This document shows, in pieces, positions 1 to 10,770 of a stretch of 64,000 nt of DNA. The stretch is from the NCBI GenBank assembly GCA_003427395.1, contig BFEA01000018.1, positions 6,040,413 to 6,104,412 of the forward strand, in the 5' to 3' direction. The number at the start of each line of letters is the position of its first letter. The stretch's first letter is position 1. This DNA comes from Chara braunii. Taxonomy: Eukaryota; Plantae; Charophyceae. A model generated the notes under the pieces. The model ran no database searches. It was not told the origin of the DNA and saw only the letters and a program-made list of their open reading frames with translations. Position numbers and translations under genes: made by a program.

Positions 1-1150
1 TTTGTTGTTGTTCGACACCTGCATCTAGATAGGTGACAATGACTCTAAAGAAATATGTGTTGGCTAAGCGCACCAGCAACCACAGTGTACTTACCTTTTG
101 CAGGTTTGAGTTCGACATTGAACTCGTCGATCTCGATGGCCCATCTCGCTAGCTTATTACATATCCGGGCTTGAGTCTTCAGCCAACACGAGCTCTCATG
201 ATCAGAATAGACCTTGAAATACTGTCCTAGCAATTAGTGTCTATGGGCTACAACCTTTCTCAAGGTAAACGGTTGCCGCTCAAAGGCTGATGCAACAACC
301 TACTTACATGGCAGTCTACGCGACATGAATTTCACTCATCGATACCCATTGCTATTATTTTGTTCTAGGACTGCATCTATGCCGTACTAGCTCGCATCCA
401 TTGTCACGACAAATGGAAGTGCCAGATTAACGATGTTAAGAACCAGATACTGAATCAGACACTCCTTGAACTTTCTGGAAGCAGACGTGCAATCTTTGTC
501 CCACTTCCAAAGAGCCTTTTTCCGCAACAATCTGCTTAACGGTTCAACTATAGTAGTGAAGTTTCTCACGAACTTTTGGTAGTAGTTAGCCAATCCAAGG
601 AACAAATGTTGTTCAATCAATGCATGCGGAGTTTGTCAATCAATCTTTGCATTCTTCGGTCTAACACCGTCTTCATCTACGATATGATCGAGGTATAAGA
701 CTTCACGTTTTGCCCTTTCACACTTTTTGGGATTCAACTTGAATCTAATTTCACGAAGTTTGTTCAAGATCAATTGAAGGTGCTCTTGATGCTCTTAAAA
801 AAACGTACTAAAAACTAATATATCGTCTAAATGTATTACAACAAACTTGTCCATCCAATCTTTGAACCTGTCATTCATGCACCTTTGGAACATTGCAGGG
901 TCGTTAGTCAGTCAAAACGACATGACCACAAATTCATAGTGACCGTATTTAGTTAAGATTGTCGTTTTATGCTGATCTTTGGGTTGTATCTCTATCTGGT
1001 GATACCCCGATTTCATATCAATCTTAGAGAAATAATTGCATTTTTGTACCCTGTCCAACAAGTCATCAATTTTGGGTAGTGGCTCAACATTCTTAACAGT
1101 GATAGCATTAAGACCTCCATAGTCTATGCATATATGTTGTTCACCTTCTT
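1..1150 (-). pseudogene. Ty3/gypsy LTR-retrotransposon pol fragment (RT + RNase H), degenerate
   Basis: Minus-strand translation gives CIDYGGLNAITVKNVEPLPKIDDLL, SKIDMKSGYHQI, KFVVIHLDDILVFS, FLGLANYYQKFVRNF, PFVVTMDAS and KLARWAIEIDEFN, with stops and frameshifts. Confidence 0.93.
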
Positions 1151-1209
1151 TATAGGCAGAAATAGGACCGGGGCCCGGTAGGGTCAGGAACTGGGCTTAG
1201 ACTATCTCC

Positions 1210-1615
1210 TTCTTTAATGGCATTATAACTACCAAAAACCACAATTCGTACACTCTCATTTTTTACATTATGTGTCATTGCTTTAACACCACGAGAAAAT
1301 TCGACGGTGTGTATCCAACTATATCGGAAAAACGTTCATTTACATTATTTGGATGGATCGATCCCAAGGGATGTCTTGTGTTGATTTGATAAGTATTAGC
1401 AAGAGGATCCCTTAGATATTATGAAAAAAAGTAGATAAAAGATATGAAAATAATTTTAACAAGTAGGTCAACAATCAATTTGTTTCGTAAAAAAATAAAA
1501 CACATACTTTTGTCAGATCAATGCAAGGCAATTATTTTAGGATGTCTTCTGGTGAATGGTTTACTCAAAATATTCAATAAAAATTGCATGATTTTTTATT
1601 CGATATAGCATTAAG
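1210..1615 (+). pseudogene. AT-rich organelle-derived fragment with a LAGLIDADG homing-endonuclease remnant
   Basis: Frame from ATG 1444 reads MKIILTSRSTINLFRKKIKHILLSDQCKAIILGCLLVNGLLKI, resembling the 'IILGSLLGDG' LAGLIDADG helix of mitochondrial intron ORFs. Confidence 0.5.
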
Positions 1616-2049
1616 CATTAAAACAACATGCACATGAGCATTATGCAAATGGCATAACACACCAAAACAACATAATAGCAGTAAGCAAAACTAGCCGCAA
1701 ATATCATATTATTCGTAGCATGGTTGCTCGTGACAACGTCATGAAGCACAACTAAAGCAGAAATCATATCGTTTATAATATGGTTGTTCAAGACAACGTC
1801 AGAAGCATAGCTAAATGTCAGTGCGGAGCGGACACCACCATCACCCACCCCAACCATCTCTCTGATCGCCTCCTGTCCGCTATTGACTCCAGGCGCACAA
1901 GGTGCAAAGGAAGTTAAACCGACAGTCTTTGAGGTAGATGTGTGCAAAGCCCTTTCGCCTATTGTACGTTCATGACAAATTTCATCGAACCGGCACCACT
2001 AGACCCTGGGCCTATAGGCTGGTCCCGTCTCTGTAGCAGCTCGAATCCC
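1616..2049 (-). repeat. PLE pseudo-LTR, 3' copy
   Basis: Direct repeat of 6426-6911 (cattaaaacaacatgcacatgagcat ... gtctctgtagcagYtcgaa). Confidence 0.85.
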
Positions 2050-2288
2050 TGGTTATCCTAGTCTATCTCCCCTTCTACCTACACACAAACCGATTCCCTA
2101 ATTATCTTCCACACATATTTCTTATCTCTGACGAAATTACAGATTGCCTGCCGAAACAGTTCATCCGAATAATTTATTCTTCAAAGTTTCATTCGCATCG
2201 CTATAACAACTCTAACCATGCCAGAACCAGTCATGGAGTAGTGATGGATGCCATTTTTGCCTTTTTTCTTGTCCATGACTCGCAATCT

Positions 2289-2366
2289 TGGAATGTTTGG
2301 AATGTTGAGTCACCTGGAATGTTTGGAATGTTGAGTCACCTGGAATGTTTGGAATGTTGAGTCACC
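2289..2366. repeat. 26-bp tandem repeat x3 inside the PLE
   Basis: Unit tggaatgtttggaatgttgagtcacc. Confidence 0.9.
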
Positions 2367-5300
2367 TCCCTCTGATAGATTGACTTTGTTCTTCTTTGTT
2401 TGATGCCAGCTTAGGAAGGGAAGTTTATCCTCAACCATGAGTCAACATCCCATGAATTCTCACTCTCGTTTCTCCCCGTTTGTTCGTTTCAATGTCAAAT
2501 TTGAGTCGTAGGAGGTCTCATACGTTTGCAGAATTTCCTTAGCCCGACTTCTCCACTTCAAACTCCTCTTAATATGTGCCACAAACACCAACGCATCGTC
2601 TATAAATCTTATCCCTGCGATCAATTTCTTTTGGCTTTCGAATGTTAGCAGAAAATCCCATTCGGATTTTGCACACATCAGGTAGGCCAAAGGAGGGCTT
2701 GAGGATTTCCCCATTGGGATTTCTCGAAATCTGCCGCAAGATGATTCCTGGCGCGATCGTAAAACAGTTTCTGAGGTCGTAATTGACATAGTCCAGAATG
2801 ATTGAAAAACTTACAAACTTGTACCCGTCGACATTTCGGCATGTGCTCATTTTTGCTTTTTTTCCTCTCACCTTCACGAACACTCCATGAAATTCTTTGA
2901 TCTCGTATTACTACATACACCATTCGACCGCTCTCAGAATTGTTTCATGCGGTGGCCTAGTAAACATGTTCTTTATGTCATAGGACGCCCCTATCACTCC
3001 TATGTTCACACAACCTTTTCTCAATGCCCCAATCATCTTAGTCAATCTCGTCGTCATGAGGTGAATTGACTTCAAATTGAAATGTCCATTCGTAGAAAGA
3101 TTGCAGAGGATACTATTCTAGCCTTGTGAAATCTTTCGACATAATCGATTTCCTGGTTTATTAAATATCGGACATATTGGCCAGAATTTCGAAGTGTCTT
3201 TGTGTTTGGGAAGGGCATAAGCCCGCTCGAGTCTTCGCTCTTTCTTTCAACTCCCATATTTTGTGAAGTCAAGCTTTCGACATTCTCCCCCCATCTTTGC
3301 AATGATCTCACTCTCTTTTTTCTTCTTTATCTGGTATCCCTCATTTTTGATGAAGGTGTTGTTTGTTCCTGCGGCGTATACTTCGGCACACATGACTAGT
3401 GTCTCCCCCGGGTTAATATCCAACAGGGTACACACAAACCCATCCAACCTCGCTTCAATTCAATGACAAAATTCATATTACCTGCACTCGTTTCCCTTGA
3501 CTCATCCATACATGTCTTTGCCTTTTCTTCCGTAATCTCAACCACGCTCACATCGACGTTCAACCACTTAATCTTGTGGAAGGATGTTTAAACTTTAAAT
3601 TTCCTCCCTCCACCTCTTTTCACAATCAACTCTCCATTCTTTCGGAATATTTTTTGCATTATTCACGATCGTCGGGCATTCCTCCCATATACTTAGTCGA
3701 AAATGGATGTGTCCCTTTTCCTTAGGCGGGGACAATCCGGTGCATTTGCACCTAGCGAGTCCACTCGCCGCAAATCAGCAATGATTGTGGATGATCTCAC
3801 CAATGTTTGGACCCCGTGTCCAGACTACTCGAGTTCGTCGCTTCACCATTTTCTTCATCGTACCATCGAGAGGTAGCCCGTCAATTTTCTGCTTCACTAA
3901 CCTTGTCACTTTTCCCTTCTTCACTCGCTCCTCAAATCTCATCTTAGTATTCACACGCCCATTAATCTGTGCCCCAAAATTTTCCTTCACCACATCGGAA
4001 ACCATCTTCTTAGTCCTCGATCGGCTTTTTTTGTCGAGAAGATCTTCGCAGCAGCGTAATAACGAGTCAGACCACTAATTTTTAATTTCTTCAACTTATC
4101 CTGCTTCTTCTTAAGCTTAAACATCCTTACTAACTCTTCCTTCACCTTTAACGCCAATTGCGATGTTTCGATACAGTCTCAAACTTTTACTGCTCCTTCT
4201 TGCTTAGACATCTTCTTGCACCTTCTTAGTGGCCTGGTTCTCTTACCTATGTGTACCCTTGTTTCACCAAATAATCGTCTTACCACGTGATAATTGTCAG
4301 TTCATACTAACCCACCATTAGTCATCAACTTATTGTTTACCTTTTTCGTTCTTTGCCAAATTTTGAAACAAGCTAGCGATTCTTACAGTCTTGTCCGTGA
4401 TTCCATCAACCTTTAAGGTAAGGACCTTAGTAGGTATGACCTTATCTGTCTTGTTCACGATACTTGGTGTGTAATCAATTCCTCCGCCTTCTTTCTGCCT
4501 CGGCCTCTTTTCTTCTTCCCCTTTCGTCGTCTGTTGTTCGTCCTCTATTTCTTCATTTTGTATTAAGAGAGGGGGACCAAGTCCTTATGATTGATTTCTC
4601 AACCGCCTCTAGTTCCTGTTTTCTATCGTTGGAGAACAGTGGTATGGCCACGGACTGTTCCACTCCAACCTTCTTTAGCCACGTGTATAAATTTGTCATC
4701 CTTTATCCCCTCTTCTTTTCTTCGTTTCTCGTGCCACGCGCTCTATCCATCTTGAGTGCTCAGTGCATTGTGCATTCGGTCATTCCAATATAGATCTGCA
4801 TGTACCATAGCGACAATAACACATATACACAACCGCCTGGTTTCGCCAATTCGAGGTTGTCTGTCGAGCACGCATCTCTCCAATACTCAAGGAACTTCTC
4901 ATACCACGGAATCTGACCTTGTATCGCCAGCTCTATCACCATCGCCCGTATTCGCCCCTCTTTTGTCTCCTCATCACACCCGATCCGATCCTAGGTTTCG
5001 GAGCTTATCGATTTCTCTCCACATGCGTCGAACGCACCACTCCAAGTCTTCGTCATCTTCGTCATAGTCAGTATCCTCCTCCGAGTCCTTCGTGTGTTCG
5101 GTGGTTGGTTTTGGTCGTATCGATCTTGACGACCTTGGTATTATCGGAGCTGCCTTTGGAGATTCTGGCAAGGGCACATTGATGGGATCATATGACTTCA
5201 ATAGTCCCTTGGTTACCCACCACTAGATAGCTATATCTCCCTTAACATAGTCTATCCTCTCGTTGTTACATACTTCCTTCAGCTCGTCGACAGTTAACGC

Positions 5301-6425
5301 TTCAAGTAAGTCGTGACATTCTCCTTCGTACTTATCCCGGTCTCCTGGTCCACATTCTGTAGACACGTGTTTCATGCTTAGTGACAACTTTCCAACCGGT
5401 GCTAGAATCTTCGATGTTGACACCGTCTTCCCCGCTTCGTAGCTCCGAATCTCCTCGATTCTTGATCTTGCTTCAGATCCCAATCCACGTCTTATACCCC
5501 TAGCATCCGCCATGAAACCAGTTCATTGTCCTTTCGTTGGTGTGGTAAGTGGTGGACTACTCGCCATCTGCTTCTCCGGATCCCGTCTCCTCTTGTCATG
5601 AATGTTTATCCTAGTCGGCCGTCTTCGTAGTAATAGGAGCCTGGTGTCCTTTTCGACTTCTAAACTCGGTTGCATGGTAATTTCTCTCCTCAACCGTTCT
5701 TTTTCTTTTTCCACTGTTTCACCCCGCTCATTAACCTTTGTCTTCCTTTTCTCCCGCTTCGAGTTCCCATATTTTTCACCACTTCCCCATTCCACGCGTA
5801 CCAGTCGCAGAAGTCTCGCATCGCATTCATCTTCGTATCTCTTTCGTTCCAACCGTTCATGTATCTTCCTCTCCCGTTCCAAGTGTATCTCCTACGCCTT
5901 CCTTTCTTGCTGATTTCTAATTTCTTGCTTCTTTCTTGCTCGTCTCTCTTCAACTAACTCCATAAAATACTCTCGCATAAGCTTGTAAGTATACATTGAT
6001 CCACAACGGTTCGTTAGACTTTGCTGATAGACTTCGTGGATGCTCCTCTGGTGTTGTTATCACCCATCCTTGTCGCGGTTTTGGCGGTGGTGGCACAAAG
6101 TTCAGTCCACGAGTTTTCGCATCATGATACTCCTCGCATATGCTTGCGAAGTGATCTGCCTCTCCGCACTCATAACACGTTTTTCCAAGCATTGGATGGA
6201 CTATCACTAGACGGGTGGTTGCCCACTGCTCCCACCCGTCCCCCTCATTCCACCCGAACCACTCGACCGGCTCATATTTTTCATAAGTCGCACTCCGTCC
6301 GCCTCAAGCTTTCTTTCACAATCGCAATAGACTCACAATCTCCGTCACAGTTTCCTCCTAAGTAATACCGCATCCGCCACCCACTCCAGGTTTATTTCCT
6401 AGCAGGTTATGGTTCTGATGAGAAA

Positions 6426-6911
6426 CATTAAAACAACATGCACATGAGCATCATGCAAATAACATAACGCACCAAGACAACATAGTAGCTCTAAGCAAAA
6501 TTAGTAGCATCTATCATATCGTCCGTAGCATGGTTGCTCATGACAATGTCATGAATCACAATTAAAGCAGATTATCGTCCGTAGCATGGTTGCTCATGAC
6601 AACATCATGAAGCACATGTAAATGTCAGTTCGGACACCACCATCACCCACCCTAACCATCCCTCTAACCACCTCCCTTCCACTACTGATTGCATACACAC
6701 AAGGTGTGAAGGAAGTCAGACTGTCAACTTTTGTCTATTAATACCTATTGACATGTACATCAAAGGTTGTTGTTTGTATTTTCTGCCTTTCGCCTACTGT
6801 CCGCTCAGGACCAAATTTCATCGAATTGGCACCACCTGACCCTGGGCCTACTGGAACTCAAACTGTTCCAACCGGCCAGGATGGTCTTGTCTCTGTAGCA
6901 GTTCGAAACCC
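6426..6911 (-). repeat. PLE pseudo-LTR, 5' copy
   Basis: Diverged direct repeat of 1616-2049. Confidence 0.85.
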
Positions 6912-7303
6912 AATTTATCCATTCGACATAACCAACTTCAATAATAATATTTTTTATGGAAGACAAGCAATATGTATAGTTCAGGTCTTATTTTCGTTTT
7001 TTCGGCACTAGATGTATCTTTATTTATATTTTTAGTTAGAATGGTTTCTTACAAACAGTTCCAATGGATGCTTTATTAATTATCTTTCTTATCTTTGAAG
7101 TTTTCATATTAGATCTGTTAACTATTTTGTCTTGAGAAATTTGTTAAATAAAGTATAAAATATAGGTAATTTTATCACAACATAAATAGGTAAAACAGAT
7201 AAAAATTGAAACCAAATGTCTCGAGGAGTTAAAAAAGCTGCTATTAAGACTGAGAAAGAGAAAAGAACGATGATTTTTTTACAGGTTTTTACTTAAATAT
7301 GTA

Positions 7304-7521
7304 ACGAGAAATATAGAAAATGTTTGGTGTGTATTTTTCCAACCATCCTGATTTACGTCGTATATTAACAAATTATGGTTTTGAGGGTCATCCGTTAAGA
7401 AAAGACTTTCCCTCAAGTGGATATGTAGAAGTACGATACGATGATTAACAGAAATGTGTGATTTATGAGCCTATTGGGATGATTTAAAAATTTTGTTATT
7501 TTGATTTCTCGAGTCCTTGGG
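7304..7521 (+). pseudogene. nad9: NUMT: mitochondrial NADH dehydrogenase subunit 9, C-terminal fragment
   Basis: [42 protein letters not shown]...FDFSSPW with in-frame stops, inside AT-rich DNA from ~6915. Confidence 0.92.
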
Positions 7522-7997
7522 TCTCTTTGACGTTGTAAGTTGTTGTTTAGTCACCGGTCCCCCAATCAATATCAATAGATGGGTAATCAACTCTCATATG
7601 GTTAACATCTATCGATTTGGACCTTACCATTTAGTTTCAGTGGCAGGCATGAAGTACAACAAAAAACGTACGTTCAAGCGCTTGCCGACGTATAGTATAA
7701 TATAAATTATGGGTTGTTGGAACACTGGATTCGTGAAAACCAAACAAAACAAAAAAAAACTCACATTTTTTATTGAACAAAAAATGAGAAGTCAAACTGT
7801 TATTTTTTACACAAAAACAGAGTGTTTTTATCCGTTTTTCGATAAAGGAGGCAACAAATCAGTTGAAAAGCCAAACATTCTTCAAAATGTGTAAGAAAAA
7901 CTTTTCCTGCAAAATCCTCTTATATAACTATAAGTCATTCTTAGTAGATTGGCAAAAAGCGGAGCTTAAACAAGACAATTTTTAAGGACTACACGCT

Positions 7998-8035
7998 CTG
8001 TCTCTTATACACATCTAGATGTGTATAAGAGACAG
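7998..8035. other. Nextera mate-pair junction adapter (assembly artefact)
   Basis: Exact CTGTCTCTTATACACATCT+AGATGTGTATAAGAGACAG between identical copies 7672-7997 and 8036-8361. Confidence 0.98.
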
Positions 8036-8603
8036 GTTCAAGCGCTTGCCGACGTATAGTATAATATAAATTATGGGTTGTTGGAACACTGGATTCGTGA
8101 AAACCAAACAAAACAAAAAAAAACTCACATTTTTTATTGAACAAAAAATGAGAAGTCAAACTGTTATTTTTTACACAAAAACAGAGTGTTTTTATCCGTT
8201 TTTCGATAAAGGAGGCAACAAATCAGTTGAAAAGCCAAACATTCTTCAAAATGTGTAAGAAAAACTTTTCCTGCAAAATCCTCTTATATAACTATAAGTC
8301 ATTCTTAGTAGATTGGCAAAAAGCGGAGCTTAAACAAGACAATTTTTAAGGACTACACGCTTGGGGACCGGATTCACGGTCGAGGCCGTACAACTGACTA
8401 TTTTCGCGGCCGCACAACATGCAGGCGGAGCCAGGCGCCCAAAATCGAGGTGTGCGCATCACCTGCCCATGGAGTCCTCCGCAAGAATTAACTAAAAAAA
8501 AAAAAAGTAAAATGTGGGGGGGGGTATTTTCAGATGGGTAAAAAAAAATGATAATAACCCCCAACAAAGGTAAGCATTTTCTTTTTTTTTTCCGACTGTG
8601 TGA

Positions 8604-8683
<80 letters not shown>

Positions 8684-9060
8684 CACAAAGACAATAAAAA
8701 AAATAGAAAACAAACAAACAAGTGTGGAAGAAACGTATAGTATAATATAAATTATGGGTTGTTGGAACACTGGATTCGTGAAAACCAAACAAAACAAAAA
8801 AAACCTCACATTTTTTATTGAACAAAAAATGAGAAGTCAAACTGTTATTTTTTACACAAAAGAGTGTTTTTAACCGTTTTTCGATAAAGGAGGCAACAAA
8901 TCAGTTGAAAAGCCAAACATTCTTCAAAATGTGTAAGAAAAACTTTTCCTGCAAAATCCTCTTATATANNNNNNNNNNNNNNNNNNNNNNNNNNNNNNNN
9001 NNNNNNNNNNNNNNNNNNNNNNNNNNNNNNNNNNNNNNTTTTTTTTTTCCGACTGTGTGA

Positions 9061-9124
<64 letters not shown>

Positions 9125-10074
9125 CACAAAGACAATAAAAAAAATAGAAAACAAACAAACAAGTGTGGAAGAAGACGAAGAATGAAAAAGAAAATTACAT
9201 GTGCAAATTTTTTAGGAGAACTCTAACTCCATATGAGTCATGAAAAAAATGAAACAAAATTCCTTTTTTTTTTTTTTTTTTTTTTATTATTATTATTATT
9301 ATCGATTTTCTTTTTTTAATTTGTAAATCAAGTGGAATTAAAAAAAAATAAAATTATAGGGTTGTAGGGTTTACAACCCCATGTATTTTTTTTTCCCCAC
9401 ATTTTTTTGTGCGTAAAAAAACATCAAAAAAATCGGGTTGTGAACTGAGCCTCGTGGTCACAGTGTAGGGGCAGAAACCTTGACAAGGGTATCTGCCTAG
9501 TGTTTGTAAATGCCGGACGATATCCGACTTAGTAAATGGTTACTCGGGCTTCATAACTTGATGAGATGGGTTGTCTGCCAAAAGTTCATTCAAACCTGAC
9601 CTAGAAACAAAAACTTTTTAGAACCTTAGTCCGGACGTCTGCGACATCCGAGAGTAGTGGCAGTAACCGGACGTGCTTCGCTTTGTTGAGACCGCAGAGG
9701 AATGTGCGGACATGAAAACGCTAAAGTTAGACCTATTCTACCTATAATAAGGTCGCGCGGCTGAACAGCCGCGCGATTCAGGGCCTAAGCGGGTTGAAAA
9801 GGAGTCGCAGCAACGAGGTTGGAGCCGCAGCGTGGAGGAAATTGGAAGTTTTTTTGTTTTTATTTTTTTGGGGGGTCCTTGGGGCTTCCAAGCCAGGGAC
9901 CGGGTGCGATGGCATGGGGCCGGCTGGGTAGGGTGGCTACTAAGGCCGTCGGCCGCCAACGCTGCCTGCCAACCGCGGTAGCAACGGGTTCGGCAGACAC
10001 AACATGCTAGGTGCCAGAGGGGGATCTGCTGGGCATCGCCCTTCATATAGAAGAGTCACTCCTCTCCTTATGTG

Positions 10075-10168
10075 AAAAGGAGCTAGCCCAGTAGGTACCG
10101 CCGCCAGATTGATACCCTGCAGGGACAGGGATCGAATCCGACTACGAGCAACAAGGCTAGCTCCTTTT
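10075..10168 (+). other. tRNA-like Pol III head enclosed by a 14-bp inverted repeat
   Basis: aaaaggagctagcc ... ggctagctccttt t; A-box-like TAGCCCAGTAGG and B-box-like GGATCGAATCC lie inside. Confidence 0.5.
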
Positions 10169-10253
10169 GCTAGGAGCAGCCCGGGGTCCTTGACGTGACG
10201 CGGTCAATTTCGACCGCGCGATCTACCAGATCGCGCGGCCGAAATCGGCCACA

Positions 10254-10317
10254 CAAGATTAGTATGGCCCCTGCGCAAGGATGACACGCATAAATGGAGA
10301 AAGTGTCCAATTTTTTT
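10254..10317 (+). pseudogene. U6: U6 snRNA 3'-half fragment
   Basis: AAGATTAGTATGGCCCCTGCGCAAGGATGACACGCATAAATGGAGAAAGTGTCCAATTTT matches the plant U6 3' half. Confidence 0.92.
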
Positions 10318-10322
10318 CTGAT

Positions 10323-10382
10323 CCCATCAGGGATCGAACACGGGTCTGTATTTTCAACAGTTCGTGGGTGAGCCCATGAACA
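10323..10382 (-). mobile_element. Partial copy of tRNA-derived SINE family A
   Basis: Similar to 45797-45850 (gatcgaacacgggtctgtattttcaacagttcgtggg). Confidence 0.6.
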
Positions 10383-10414
10383 TGATAAGACCGTTGGCAT
10401 AAGCCAACGGGAAA

Positions 10415-10445
<31 letters not shown>

Positions 10446-10719
10446 TTAAGAAAGTACAGCGCCATGTGGCGTATTGTGAAGTAACCGGGGCTTTTCAGCC
10501 CCAGTACAAAAAACAGTCGCCCGTGAAAAGGAGCGACCGTTTTATTCATAGAAGGAAGTTCTTTTATTTTGTTTTAGATATTGCTTAGATTTTTTTTTTG
10601 ATTCACCTCTTAGATTTCGTTTAGATTTATTGTTTTTTCTTTTTCGTTCCTTTTTGTTTTTTTTGTAGCTGCCCGTTCGTTTCGAACGAACGGGCAATTC
10701 AGAAGTCTAGCTACGCCAA

Positions 10720-10770
10720 ACTGTTTCGTCGGACTTCCACCGACTCATCAGGAGCCTGAACCTCGACAGT
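10720..10770 (-). ncRNA. Type III hammerhead ribozyme
   Basis: Minus strand ACTGTC^GAG-GTTCAGG-CTC-CTGATGA-GTCGG-TGGAAGT-CCGAC-GAAACAGT: full CUGAUGA/GAAA/GUC core, stems I, II and III pair. Confidence 0.9.

Larger units (their letters stand above)
1616..6911 (-). mobile_element. Penelope-like retroelement (PLE) with N-terminal GIY-YIG endonuclease, degenerate, bounded by direct pseudo-LTRs
   Basis: Order on the - strand: CCHC knuckle (CYECGEADHFASIC, ~6180), coiled coil, SAP-like LTVDELKEVC (~5290), GIY-YIG (CVYVLLSLWYMQIYIGMT, ~4780-4830), RT motifs SYDIKNMFT (~2975), IPMGKSSSPPLA (~2700) and RFIDD (~2600). Direct repeats at both ends. Confidence 0.85.

Noticed and set aside
2126-2162. CTGACGA...CGAAAC hammerhead-like core in the PLE, and CTGATGAGAAAC at ~6415
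   Set aside because: No convincing stem II or stems I/III, and antisense to the element.
7998-8035. Apparent Tn5/IS50 ends suggesting horizontal transfer
   Set aside because: Exact match to the synthetic Nextera junction adapter.
7709-8258. Duplicated 61-aa ORF
   Set aside because: Produced by the artefactual duplication of AT-rich repeat DNA; no coding signal.
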